Shown here: positions 1-10,105 of the stretch, piece after piece
How the letters are laid out: each line of letters starts with the position of its first letter
Numbering within the stretch: the stretch's first letter is position 1
From: Polaromonas sp.
Lineage (GTDB): Bacteria; Pseudomonadota; Gammaproteobacteria; Burkholderiales; Burkholderiaceae_C
NCBI GenBank assembly: GCA_043780435.1
Contig: JAYWCQ010000061.1
Location: 1 to 32,443, forward strand
DNA: 32,443 nt
Direction of reading: 5' to 3'
Made by a program: the position numbers and the translations under genes
The notes under the pieces: model-generated
Database searches by the model: none
What the model saw: the letters and a program-made list of their open reading frames with translations, nothing else
What the model was told of the DNA's origin: nothing

Positions 1-105
1 CGCAAAACGCCGTGGGCGCGTGAGAAGGTGGAGAGCTTGTATTTGTTCATGTTGCGTGAGCAAAAGCGGCCTGTGCAACAGCGCCGCTCGGACAGCCCGT
101 CCTAG
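1..105 (+). CDS. 3' end of an unidentified CDS running off the window start (34 codons)
   Basis: Frame 1 is open from base 1 to TAG at 103-105 (RKTPWAREKVESLYLFMLREQKRPVQQRRSDSPS*). No family can be recognised from this fragment. Confidence 0.3.
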   Translation, partial: RKTPWAREKVESLYLFMLREQKRPVQQRRSDSPS

Positions 106-113
106 CCGCCCCT

Positions 114-1025
114 GTGCTACCGACCAAAAACGGCGTCGGCCCTAGCGTTGTTGGCCTACCCAAAGACGACTCCGCTCAATGGCGCACCATCACCGACTTC
201 CTAGTTGATCGCTTCCCCGCCATCCCCCGCGCTACTTGGCGGCAGCGCATGGCCGATGGCGATGTTGAAGACGAATTTGGCAAACCCGTCACCCCAGGGC
301 GCCCCTACCAAGGCCACATTCGCGTCTACTACTACCGCGACCTAGATGTTGAAGAACGCATCCCCTTCGACGAAGTGATATTGCACCACGACGAACACCT
401 CATCGTTGTCGACAAGCCGCATTTCCTCCCCGTCACCCCTTCCGGCAAATACCTGCAAGAAACGGTGCTGGTACGGCTGAAACGCAAGCTGGGTTTAGAC
501 GATTTAGTCCCCATTCACCGCATTGACCGTGACACAGCGGGCTTGGTACTCTTCTCCGTCCAACCCGCCACCCGCGACGCCTACCAAGCCCTGTTTCGCG
601 ACCGTGCAGTGCACAAAACCTACGAAGCGATTGCACCGTGGCGACCAGAAATACACGACGAATCCAACTTCCCACTCACCCGCCACAGCCGGATTGAGGA
701 AGGTGAGGGTTTCATGACCCAACGCGAGGTGGAAGGCGCACCCAATGCCCTCACCCACATTCAAGTCCTTGAAGTCAAAGGCGATTTAGCCCGCTACCAG
801 CTAAAGCCCGTCACCGGAAAACGCCACCAGTTGCGCGTTCACATGAACGCGCTGGGCATACCCATTCAGGGTGACGGCATCTACCCCGTGCTGACGCCAG
901 AGGGGCAGATTGACTACGATAATCCGCTGCAACTGCTGGCGAAGTCGATTGAATGGACTGACCCGATTTCGGGGAAAGTTAGGCGATTTGAGAGCCTGCA
1001 GAATTTGAATTTGAAGTTAAAGTGA
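114..1025 (+). CDS. RluA-family RNA pseudouridine synthase
   Basis: 303-aa ORF with a GTG start. It carries the catalytic-loop motif HRIDRDTAGLVLF and the LIVVDKPHFLPVTP segment typical of RluA-type synthases, plus an N-terminal S4-like region. Confidence 0.85.
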   Translation: MLPTKNGVGPSVVGLPKDDSAQWRTITDFLVDRFPAIPRATWRQRMADGDVEDEFGKPVTPGRPYQGHIRVYYYRDLDVEERIPFDEVILHHDEHLIVVDKPHFLPVTPSGKYLQETVLVRLKRKLGLDDLVPIHRIDRDTAGLVLFSVQPATRDAYQALFRDRAVHKTYEAIAPWRPEIHDESNFPLTRHSRIEEGEGFMTQREVEGAPNALTHIQVLEVKGDLARYQLKPVTGKRHQLRVHMNALGIPIQGDGIYPVLTPEGQIDYDNPLQLLAKSIEWTDPISGKVRRFESLQNLNLKLK

Positions 1026-1060
1026 ATTACTGCATTTCGAATCGGTCATTGCATCAAACA

Positions 1061-4000
1061 TCAATCTAGAAGGGGGATAACAAAGCAGGAATCGACCGCG
1101 AGCTTTGTCCACTGCAATGGCTCACGTCTGTTCAAGAGCTTTGCATGCCATTGCGCGGTCTCCTTCAATGCATCAACAGCATTCGAGCGACGTAGGATAA
1201 AACGCATAGTGCGATCACCACGGACCAACTTCAGTTCTGCTTCTGGCCAGTGCGATGGCAGGCAAGGGATAAAACTCAAATACTCAGGACCAAGTTGCAG
1301 ACCAAAAATTGACTCTACCGCAGCCCGGTGCAGCCACGCCGCAGCGCCGGTGTACCAACTCCAGCCACCCCGCCCGACATACGGCGGTTGGCTATAGATG
1401 TCGCCAGCCATGACATACGGCTCGATGCCATACGCAGCACCATGCGTGGGGTGACTGGCTCGATGCGCAGGATTCAAATAAGTGAAATACCGGTAGGCCA
1501 AATCGCAATGATTGCCGTGCGCGCCAAGTTCTGGCAAAGATTTTGCAAACTCCGCCTGAGCCATCATGGCCCAGACACCGGCATGCGAATATTGCCCCCC
1601 GTTTTCGCGCACACCGGGCGGATAAGCCTGGATATAACCTGCGCTGGGCGTTGCGTGAACCAGCGGTGGGTCTAGTAATTTGATCAGTCCAGCATCATGG
1701 TCGATCAAATTTTCCTCCACGGCTTCTAATGCAATGCGCTGCAAAGCTGGCTGCGCGACGCCGGAAAACACCGACCACGCCTGTGCAATCAAATCGATGC
1801 GAGCTTCTGGATTAAGGTGCGAGCCAAGTGCTGTGCCATCATCAAAAAATGCACGTTTGAACCACTTACCATCCCAAGCCGAGGTACCAAGTGCCGTTTT
1901 CCATCCCAGAGCGGCTTGCTCCCATTTAAGTGCACGCTCCTCCTGTCCCTGCCCGCGAGCCAGCGGTGCAAAATTTTCCACCAATTGACACAAAAACCAG
2001 GTTAACCAAACTGACTCACCACGTCCTTCATGGCCCACACGGTTCATGCCGTCATTCCAGTCGCCCGTTCCCATCAAAGGCAAGCCGTGAGAACCGACCC
2101 TTAAGCTGTGGTCTATGGCACGGGCTGCATGTTCGTAAACCGATGCTTCTTGCGTACTGATGCTGGGCGTGTAGTACGCATCTTCTGCCCCATCTGGAAT
2201 GGCAGCGCCCTCGATGAATGCAACACTTTGCTCCAGTATGCTTGCGTCGCCCGTTGCACGCAGGTAGCGCACGCATGCATGCGGCAACCAAAGCAAGTCA
2301 TCAGAAAAATGCGTCCGCACACCCGCACCACCTGGCGCATGCCACCAGTGCTGCACATCGCCTTCAGGGAATTGACGTGAAGCGGCTAAAACGATCTGTT
2401 TTCGAAGCATGTCCGGTGCCGCCCAAGTAAGCGCCATGGCATCCTGCAATTGATCACGATAACCATAAGCGCCACCAGCCTGATAGAAGGCCGTCTTGGC
2501 CCATAGACGACATGACACTGTTTGGTACAACAACCAACGATTGACCATGACGTTGAAAAGTGGATCGGGGGTAGCCACCTGTGTTGCGCCCAGTAATTGA
2601 TCCCATTGGTTGCGCACTTGCGCCAGTCGTTGCGGGGCAGATTGTGCTGCAGCCACGGTGGCAAGTTGCTGAGCGGCGCTCACATTTTCAGCATAGCCGA
2701 GTAAAAAAACACGCTGAACAGACTCACCAGCTTTCAAGTCAAGTCGTGTCGACAATGCGGCACAAGGATCTAGGGCGCTGCCACTGCGCTGGCCAAAATG
2801 GTCTGGCAAGACCATGCGTCCTCTCGCATCGAAGCATTCTCGTCTATCGCATGTCCAATCATCTATCTCACTTTTCGCAGTTGCCAGCGCAAAAAATGCC
2901 GTGCCGCTGCCAAAGCCGGCTGAATGATCGCGTTGTGTGCATAACAAGGCGGTGAGTTTTTGCTCGAGCGCATCGTTAGCGACGGCATTTCCCTCTTTCA
3001 AATCAGGCAAACGTTGACGAAACACGGCGGTGCTCGTCGTGCTGCGATCAGATCGGTTAGCCCCCATCTTCCACTCGGCGATACCCACCAAACGCAGAAC
3101 TACAGGACGATGACTGCTATTGACGATTTTTATGTGTATTTGTTTGACTGAGGTTTGTGCATCCACACACCATGTTGCAGTGATGGTGAGATCGCCACGC
3201 TGGTGGCTGATCTCGCTGTAGCCTTGTCCATGCGATACCTTGTAAGTGACGCCGGTGGCGCCGCAAACAGAAGGGGCAACACTCCATATTTTCTGCGTTT
3301 TGGTATCTTGCAGTAAAAACCATTCGGCAGGTGGATCAACCACAGGGTCATTGGACCACGTCGTCAGCTGGTTTAAACGACTGTTACCAGCCCAGGTGTA
3401 ACCACCGCCCGACTCTGACAGGATGGCACCAAAGGCAGGGTTGGCCATCACATTCACCCAAGGCTTGGAGGGTCGCAGTTGGGCATTGACATCGAACTTG
3501 AATTCGTTCAAAGATTCATCAAACTTACCACTTGGTGTTGGCACAGCTACGCTGGCACGGCTGATGAGAGGCACTATCGTTGTTGAGGTGCGGTATCTTT
3601 GCGAAAAAGCTTGCTCATGCAGATCAATCCACTCCTGCACATGGTGCGTAAAAGGTCGCCCGTCGGCATTGAGTCGTACCCGCGCCAACATTTGAAGTGT
3701 GCTTAACTCTGCCGCTGACAACTCATTGGCGCGCAAAACATGCAGGTTGGCGGTCGTGCTGTCAGATTTTCCTCCGCAATCAGCTATATAGCGCTCACGC
3801 AATGCTGCCATTTCACGATGCAATGGCATTTCATAAGAAATTGGTTCTGCATTGATCACAACCACATCGCAAGCAATGCCACCCCAAGACCACATGCGCA
3901 AAGCTTGTACCAAAGTACGCAGCATACCCAGCCCTTGCAGAGCACCTGAAGAAACCAAGAGGATAGGCCGATCAGCAGAAATACCGAAACGCCAAAGCAA

Positions 4001-7000
4001 TCTTCTGTCACATACCTCACCCAAAGCACTTGCAGGAAATGCATCTCGCGTCTGCGGACGTGTCAGGCTCAACACCAATGAGGTTGTCAATGTTTGAATG
4101 GCTGCAAATTTCTCAGCGCTGATTCCCAAACTGCGTAAGCGAATACTCGCCAAAGTAGCCGACATCAGCGATGCACGCTGAACGTGGCTATGCTGGAGAT
4201 ACTTGTCGATGACAGCGCGCAGCGTACCCTCATCATCGGCAGCGGTGGTTGCAAAAGTCAGTCGCGCCTTCGCTAAAGGTGCAACACGCAAGCGTACGAC
4301 CAAAGCGCAGACCGGGTCTAGACCTGTATCAAGAATGCCATTTTGTGCATCGCTCTCTGGGACGCTCGGTGTTGAGGCATCATCAGGTAAAGCATCGAAA
4401 CGAGCCATGGGTTGGGCTGCAACTTGGTTGCGACCCAGCCAGTGTTGTCGATCTGTCTGGATGCGCAAACCAACCACCTGCGGGTCTGTGACCGCCACAA
4501 AATGGGCCGCATACAATTTCCGCTCGGTGGCTAAACGCGGTCTGCGCTCGAACAACAAGGCCTGCTGCTCAGCCAACCACTGGGCCCGCAGGAAAAGGTT
4601 GCTGAATGCGGGGTGAGCTTCATCCGCCAGCGGGTCAGCCAGCGTCACCTCAAAAGCCGACATGAGCTCAATATCCAAAGTACGGTTGCTCATGTTACGC
4701 AGCTCAACGCGTCTAAATTCAATATCGTCTTCAGGACTCACCCATACGGTCACGTGTGTCTGCACATCAGCCCATTTGGCTTCAAAGCACACACGGTCGG
4801 CATGAAATATGCTGCTGTAATTTGCCGCCAAATCAGGCGCTGGATGCTGAGTGATGGAAACAGGAGAAGAAGTAGAAGTAGACGCAGAACCAGAACCAGA
4901 AGCCGTAGACATGAACTCCGATGGCTTACCCAAACGCAAGTAAAAAAAACTGCCATAGGCATCGCGCAGGGCATCGTCACGCCAGCGCGTGATATTGGTT
5001 TGACCCCAGCTGCTGCTGCCGGATCCATTGGCACGCAAAGTCACAGAGTAACGCCCATTGGAAAGTACATGCGTGGGTTCTAATGCAGCAGCGCCAGGCC
5101 TTACATCCCGCAACAAGCCAAGCATTTTTTTTTGCAGCAACTGCGGTGGCGATGCTGCTGGTGGCGCATACAAAATCGACACTTCACGAGGAACCCGCTC
5201 ATGCAAAAGCGAACTCACCGCTTCAATATTGGCGTTTGCCATACCCCAGCGGCGTGGTGCACAGTCCAACAGCACATTGGCAATGGCAACGATGCTCATT
5301 CCCTGGTGGTGCGCCATAAAAGTATCTACAGCAGTAAAACTCTCCGCAGTCGCTTGGCGGGCAGCACTGTAGTCGAGCGACTCGATAAACCCATAGCGTG
5401 TGCGGGCTGCAATTGACTGAATCTGAAAAAAATTCAGTACCGCTAAATGCGGTGCAATTTGTGCCGCTAGTGCTGTGGCGTAGGGCGCAACCACCAACTC
5501 ACCAGGTGGCGTGCGTCGCAACGCAAGCCGAGGAACCCCCTGTGGCGCGTACTGGTAGGCGAGGGTTTCGTCGCTTGCGGCGTAAGCTGATTCGGACATA
5601 CCCCATGGCACACATTGGTCACTGGCGAATTCAATTTGCTCCCGCAGCGCTGCGCAGCATGCATCGTGCAGCACACTGCCCGGCGGCTCGTTCAGCACCA
5701 GCGATGGCATCAGGTACTCAAACATAGAACCAGACCATGATCTCAAACCCGCATGTTTACCGACCGCAAAAAATGGACGACCCAAAGCCGCCCAATGGTT
5801 GACCGGCACGTCTCCTTTTGCAATAGCCAACAAGCTGGTCAAGCGCGATTCAGAAGCCAAGAGATCATAAAAACTACCGTCTAGCTGCTGCTCTTCGACC
5901 CTAAAGCCAATATGAAGTAAACGACGTTTGCTGTGGTACAAAAAACTAAAGTTTGCTTGCCATGCCATTTTTTTTAAATCATGCGCCAGGGTTTGCAATA
6001 ATTTTTCAACTTCATGAGTACCCGTTTGTTGAACATTCTTTGCTGCCTGCGTATCAATCCAATGAGAGTGCAACGTTGCCAGGAAATCGGCCAGACACGA
6101 ATGCAACTCGTCATTGAGCGATGATTGCGATGTTTCCAAATCACGTAACAAGGCCAGTTCTTGGGTTGCTTCTTGCAACAAGTCTTCACAATCCTGCATA
6201 TTTTCGTGGCTTAGCAGTGTCGTGTCAGTCATGGCCAACAGTCTCGCCAGCGCTGTTTCATCTTCGAGCTTTGATGGGTTAAATGACGCGATCCTTTTCT
6301 TTGAAGCATCTATCGCACTTCTAGCTGCACTGCCGTCATAGGGCGCCCGCGACAGTTCCAAGCACGCTTCTGCCACCGCAAGCAAGTGACCGCTGAGATT
6401 GCCACTATCAACCGTAGACACATATTTTTGTAATAGCGGGGCCAGGGTCTGGGTGTCATACCAGTTCAGAAAATGCCCTCGATAACGTTCTAGCTTATTC
6501 ATTGTGCCAAGCGTCAATTGCAGACGCTGAATCACGTCTTGCGTACCAATCCAGCCAAACTGACGCGCACAGACCACACTCAGCAGGTAAAGTCCCATGT
6601 TGGTGGGTGAGGTACGGTGCGCCACGATGTCGTGGGGGGTGGTTTGTAGATTGTCTGGTGGCAAATAATTGTCTTCTGCGACTACACAGCGCTCAAATAG
6701 CCGCCAGGTATCTCGTGCAATGCCCTCCAGATAGGTTTTATCTCTGTCTGGCAATATTGCATTTTGAAATTTTGATCGTGATCGGCTGACCCACCAAATC
6801 CATAACGGTGATGCCGCCCAGAGCAGGCAAATCACAACAGAGGTTGCGGGAAATGGCGTTTCCAAAACCAGTAAGCAAAGCAACACAGTCAGCGCCAACA
6901 CAGGCTCTTTCCAGTGCTGGCGCAACAGCTCGGACAAATTTGTCTTAACTGCAGCTTGCATGGCGGCGGCGGTTGTCCATTGCAGCAAATACCTCCGGCT

Positions 7001-9745
7001 GATTATGGTTCGGTAGAGCGAACGAAATATGGCATCTCCCACCAACAACGCTTGCTGCATTAACTGAACGATATGCCATGTGCCACCTAGTAATACTCGA
7101 AGCAAATCGGTGATGGCATGGCGATAAAAAAATAGCCTAGCCAAGTCATCTCGGCTAGGTGAAAACCCCGCCACAGCACCCATGAAGGGCCCTGCTGAAA
7201 ATGCGGCCACCACCATACCCAAAACCGCCCAAGGCGACACCACCATACCCAACAGCGCAAGTATCAGCAACATCAACGACATCGGTGCCACCAGCGAACG
7301 CCGCAGATTATCAAGCATCTTCCAACGGTTGATGGCACGCAGTGGATAACGCCTGGGACTGAACATGAAGGGCAGCAACTGCCAGTCACCCCGCGTCCAA
7401 CGGTGTACGCGTGAGGCGGCTACATCGGCATGAAAAGGTGCATCCTCAATCACGGTGATATCCGTTACTGCAGCACAGCGCGCCAGCGAACCTTCAAGCA
7501 GATCATGACTCAGCACCTGACCATCAGGTAACCGACCTCTAAGAACGGCCTGCATTGCTCGTACATTCAGCAATCCTTTCCCCGTAAAAGTCCCCTCGCC
7601 AAACATATCCTGATACACCTCCGAGCTTGCGGCGCTGTATGGGTCGATGCCGCACTGACCAGCAAACAGCCAGTGGTACAGCGTAAACTGCTTGGGTGAT
7701 GGCAAGGGTGTAGCGACGCGTGGCTGCAAGATGCCGTAACCACTGACGATGACGTGTTTGTCGTGATCAATGACGGGCTGGTTATGCGGGTGTGCTGCTA
7801 TGCCCACCAAGTCACTCAGTCTGCCAGGAGGCAGTTGTGTGTCACTGTCAAGGGTAACAATGTACTTGATGCCATCTTCGATATTGGATAGGTCACCTAG
7901 GTCAATAAAACCCCTGTTCACCCCTTCCGCCAATGTTGCCACAAGCAGTTCCAACTTACCGCGCTTGCGCTCCCAGCCGATCCAGCGTTGTTCGGTATCA
8001 CTAAATTTGCGCTGCCTGTGTAGCACTAGAAAACGTGGTGCTTCACCCACTGCTTTGGGGTACCGCACATTGAGTTGATTCACCGACTCACAAGCCAATC
8101 TGAGTAGATCATCATCGGTTGGCAGTGTTTGCGAATCAGCATCTACCCAGTCGGTCAGCATGGCAAACTGCGCATGTTGTTCAGGGTTTGCGAGGTAATG
8201 AAGTTGCAAACGATGCGCCAATTCCTTGATCGCGGTTGTGTTGGACAACATTGCGGGAATGACCACCATCACTTTGTGCTCTGGCGGAACGCCTTTCACA
8301 AAAGCCAAGCGTGGCAAATGCCTAGGTCGTACTGATTCGCTGATCAAACGGTTGATGACCGCCAGTACGGCTTCAGAAGCTGGAAACGCCATGAGGACTA
8401 CGCCAAAAAGTGTGATCCATAACGGGGTCGATGTACCATTGTGTCCATTATTTTGACTGAGCAGTACCCACGCGACAAGAGCGAAAGTTCCAAGCAAGAG
8501 TGAGATCAAATAAACGGGGACGGGCAGATAGTGCCACACCCTGCGCGATAGAAAAGTGTCCCTAACAGGCATTCCCAATGCAAGCATCAGGTCAGGTCGA
8601 CCAGCACCGCGCAGCCAATAACTGGCTTCCTGTGCGGCTGCAGATCCTTGTCCAGACTCATGGATGATGTTCAGCAGGGCATGCGCTACTTGGAGCTCAG
8701 ATTTACCGCTACGTTTGGCAAGCCGCTCTATACCGTGCAGACTCTGGTCACGTGTCGCGGTGTCCTCGGCTTCAAATACCGCCGAGGTTAGCATCAACCG
8801 CATCAACGCACTGGTTCGAGCTACGATATCCGTCCAGTCCGCATCACCAATCGCGCGCAATGCGGTGATGGCATTGCGCATGCTCAAATTATCAGCGGCC
8901 TGATCAGCTGGACGCTGCATTTGGATGGCCGCCAAATCGGGTAGTACGCTTTGTAACCATGCGTTATATGGAAGGATTTCGCTCGCCTGGCTATTTTGCA
9001 GACGCTGTGCCATTTGGCTTAAAAACATCCGCCCCACACCGCGTTGATTCAGCAGCGCAAGCAGCTGATCTAGCGCTGCTAAGGTGTAATTCTCAATATG
9101 GTCGCAGCACAAATTGGCCACTTCACGCGCTGCTTTGTTGCAAGCCACTCGTTCAGCCAAACGGCGTAAATTTTCAATCAAAACCACGCGCAGGGTCGTT
9201 GGCAAGGCCCACATTTCACTCAGGTTCAGATCTCTATTTTCTTGGTACGCCGTTAAAAAATGGTACAACAACTCTTCATCAAAAGCACCATCCGTGTGCG
9301 CGACAAAAGCCCAAGCTACGCCATACACACGCGGTAGCCCGGCAAGCGGTTCGTCCAGCAATACCGGCAGCCCCTGAAAGTAGCTACGCGGCAAACCCTC
9401 ATGAATTTCTTTGAGCTGTGCTTGGATCAAATGGAAATTATCAAGCAACCATTCCGCCGCAGGGCTCATGTCGTAACCTGTATTGGCCTGTTCGCTGATG
9501 TAGCGTTGAGCTTCTTCCAGCACGAGGATATTGATATTTAAACGCGGGAAGAACACTGTTGATCGTGCATTCGTCGACTTGGCATCATGTGTCAATGCCA
9601 AGCTGTGCCCATGCTGCACAAAACGCTGCAGACCAAATATCTCAGAACGTATCGGCTGCTCCACAACGCCACGTTTTCCGTCCAATATCTCACTAAGCGA
9701 ATCTGAGGCTTCAGACAGATATCGCTGCAACTCGTATTGAGCCAT
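1061..9745 (-). CDS. ndvB: Cyclic beta-1,2-glucan synthase (Cgs/ChvB/NdvB type; GT84 glycosyltransferase plus membrane region plus GH94 phosphorylase-like C-terminus), about 2894 aa
   Basis: One uninterrupted giant ORF. Recognisable elements:
- N-terminal AAEWLLDNFH region.
- Glycosyltransferase motifs VTLDSDTQLPP and HRWTRGDWQ.
- Several hydrophobic helices.
- C-terminal GH94-like motifs GGAYGYRDQLQD and TGDWNDGMN.
The start was moved from the ORF-track position 9883 to ATG 9745 (MAQYELQ...). The 46 extra residues are Cys/Trp-rich and non-protein-like, and they overlap the SD-preceded upstream ORF. Confidence 0.9.
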   Translation of the reverse strand: MAQYELQRYLSEASDSLSEILDGKRGVVEQPIRSEIFGLQRFVQHGHSLALTHDAKSTNARSTVFFPRLNINILVLEEAQRYISEQANTGYDMSPAAEWLLDNFHLIQAQLKEIHEGLPRSYFQGLPVLLDEPLAGLPRVYGVAWAFVAHTDGAFDEELLYHFLTAYQENRDLNLSEMWALPTTLRVVLIENLRRLAERVACNKAAREVANLCCDHIENYTLAALDQLLALLNQRGVGRMFLSQMAQRLQNSQASEILPYNAWLQSVLPDLAAIQMQRPADQAADNLSMRNAITALRAIGDADWTDIVARTSALMRLMLTSAVFEAEDTATRDQSLHGIERLAKRSGKSELQVAHALLNIIHESGQGSAAAQEASYWLRGAGRPDLMLALGMPVRDTFLSRRVWHYLPVPVYLISLLLGTFALVAWVLLSQNNGHNGTSTPLWITLFGVVLMAFPASEAVLAVINRLISESVRPRHLPRLAFVKGVPPEHKVMVVIPAMLSNTTAIKELAHRLQLHYLANPEQHAQFAMLTDWVDADSQTLPTDDDLLRLACESVNQLNVRYPKAVGEAPRFLVLHRQRKFSDTEQRWIGWERKRGKLELLVATLAEGVNRGFIDLGDLSNIEDGIKYIVTLDSDTQLPPGRLSDLVGIAAHPHNQPVIDHDKHVIVSGYGILQPRVATPLPSPKQFTLYHWLFAGQCGIDPYSAASSEVYQDMFGEGTFTGKGLLNVRAMQAVLRGRLPDGQVLSHDLLEGSLARCAAVTDITVIEDAPFHADVAASRVHRWTRGDWQLLPFMFSPRRYPLRAINRWKMLDNLRRSLVAPMSLMLLILALLGMVVSPWAVLGMVVAAFSAGPFMGAVAGFSPSRDDLARLFFYRHAITDLLRVLLGGTWHIVQLMQQALLVGDAIFRSLYRTIISRRYLLQWTTAAAMQAAVKTNLSELLRQHWKEPVLALTVLLCLLVLETPFPATSVVICLLWAASPLWIWWVSRSRSKFQNAILPDRDKTYLEGIARDTWRLFERCVVAEDNYLPPDNLQTTPHDIVAHRTSPTNMGLYLLSVVCARQFGWIGTQDVIQRLQLTLGTMNKLERYRGHFLNWYDTQTLAPLLQKYVSTVDSGNLSGHLLAVAEACLELSRAPYDGSAARSAIDASKKRIASFNPSKLEDETALARLLAMTDTTLLSHENMQDCEDLLQEATQELALLRDLETSQSSLNDELHSCLADFLATLHSHWIDTQAAKNVQQTGTHEVEKLLQTLAHDLKKMAWQANFSFLYHSKRRLLHIGFRVEEQQLDGSFYDLLASESRLTSLLAIAKGDVPVNHWAALGRPFFAVGKHAGLRSWSGSMFEYLMPSLVLNEPPGSVLHDACCAALREQIEFASDQCVPWGMSESAYAASDETLAYQYAPQGVPRLALRRTPPGELVVAPYATALAAQIAPHLAVLNFFQIQSIAARTRYGFIESLDYSAARQATAESFTAVDTFMAHHQGMSIVAIANVLLDCAPRRWGMANANIEAVSSLLHERVPREVSILYAPPAASPPQLLQKKMLGLLRDVRPGAAALEPTHVLSNGRYSVTLRANGSGSSSWGQTNITRWRDDALRDAYGSFFYLRLGKPSEFMSTASGSGSASTSTSSPVSITQHPAPDLAANYSSIFHADRVCFEAKWADVQTHVTVWVSPEDDIEFRRVELRNMSNRTLDIELMSAFEVTLADPLADEAHPAFSNLFLRAQWLAEQQALLFERRPRLATERKLYAAHFVAVTDPQVVGLRIQTDRQHWLGRNQVAAQPMARFDALPDDASTPSVPESDAQNGILDTGLDPVCALVVRLRVAPLAKARLTFATTAADDEGTLRAVIDKYLQHSHVQRASLMSATLASIRLRSLGISAEKFAAIQTLTTSLVLSLTRPQTRDAFPASALGEVCDRRLLWRFGISADRPILLVSSGALQGLGMLRTLVQALRMWSWGGIACDVVVINAEPISYEMPLHREMAALRERYIADCGGKSDSTTANLHVLRANELSAAELSTLQMLARVRLNADGRPFTHHVQEWIDLHEQAFSQRYRTSTTIVPLISRASVAVPTPSGKFDESLNEFKFDVNAQLRPSKPWVNVMANPAFGAILSESGGGYTWAGNSRLNQLTTWSNDPVVDPPAEWFLLQDTKTQKIWSVAPSVCGATGVTYKVSHGQGYSEISHQRGDLTITATWCVDAQTSVKQIHIKIVNSSHRPVVLRLVGIAEWKMGANRSDRSTTSTAVFRQRLPDLKEGNAVANDALEQKLTALLCTQRDHSAGFGSGTAFFALATAKSEIDDWTCDRRECFDARGRMVLPDHFGQRSGSALDPCAALSTRLDLKAGESVQRVFLLGYAENVSAAQQLATVAAAQSAPQRLAQVRNQWDQLLGATQVATPDPLFNVMVNRWLLYQTVSCRLWAKTAFYQAGGAYGYRDQLQDAMALTWAAPDMLRKQIVLAASRQFPEGDVQHWWHAPGGAGVRTHFSDDLLWLPHACVRYLRATGDASILEQSVAFIEGAAIPDGAEDAYYTPSISTQEASVYEHAARAIDHSLRVGSHGLPLMGTGDWNDGMNRVGHEGRGESVWLTWFLCQLVENFAPLARGQGQEERALKWEQAALGWKTALGTSAWDGKWFKRAFFDDGTALGSHLNPEARIDLIAQAWSVFSGVAQPALQRIALEAVEENLIDHDAGLIKLLDPPLVHATPSAGYIQAYPPGVRENGGQYSHAGVWAMMAQAEFAKSLPELGAHGNHCDLAYRYFTYLNPAHRASHPTHGAAYGIEPYVMAGDIYSQPPYVGRGGWSWYTGAAAWLHRAAVESIFGLQLGPEYLSFIPCLPSHWPEAELKLVRGDRTMRFILRRSNAVDALKETAQWHAKLLNRREPLQWTKLAVDSCFVIPLLD

Positions 9746-9747
9746 AG

Positions 9748-9990
9748 CTATACGGCTAAACAGTAGCCACCAATCAATGCAAAAGCAACCACCAGCGTCG
9801 TTACAAAACGGCCCACCACAAAACCATGCATCATTTCGACCGTGCAGCTCATGGCAAACAGTCGTTTGTTTGCTACTTTGCAATGATCAAGATGTTGGCA
9901 TAAAGCAGAAGCGTCTTTTGGCAAAGCATCTTCGCTAAGACTGAGCGCTGTGGTACTCCACATAGGTAGCACGGGATGATGTGTGTTCAT
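9748..9990 (-). CDS. Small (80 aa) Cys/His-rich tail-anchored membrane protein of unknown function, translationally coupled to the glucan synthase
   Basis: ATG at 9990 is preceded by AAGGAA (9996-10001 on the plus strand) with a 5 nt spacer. The C-terminal 25 residues are hydrophobic (GFVVGRFVTTLVVAFALIGGYCLAV). Its TAG stop (9750-9748) lies 2 nt before the synthase ATG (9745). I recognise no family. Confidence 0.5.
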   Translation of the reverse strand: MNTHHPVLPMWSTTALSLSEDALPKDASALCQHLDHCKVANKRLFAMSCTVEMMHGFVVGRFVTTLVVAFALIGGYCLAV

Positions 9991-10105
9991 TTAAATTCCT
10001 TTAGGAAATCTTAAATGCAAGCGCCTCCAATGTCTGTCAGACAAGTTGAAGCAAGCTTGTAGGACAAATTCTTTCCAGCTTCGTTTTGAGGATTTGTGAG
10101 ATTTA

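Noticed and set aside
9746-9883. A 46-codon 5' extension of the glucan synthase ORF, as given in the ORF track (start 9883).
   Set aside because: The extension (MQSSKQTTVCHELHGRNDAWFCGGPFCNDAGGCFCIDWWLLFSRIA) is Cys/Trp-rich and unlike Cgs N-termini. It overlaps the SD-preceded 80-aa ORF in another frame, and ATG 9745 sits 2 nt after that ORF's stop.
10040-10105. A possible intrinsic terminator after galU (GAAGC...GCTTC around an AAGCTT palindrome).
   Set aside because: The pairing is short and interrupted and has no U-tract on the minus strand. It cannot be distinguished from background, so co-transcription of galU with orf80/cgs remains open.
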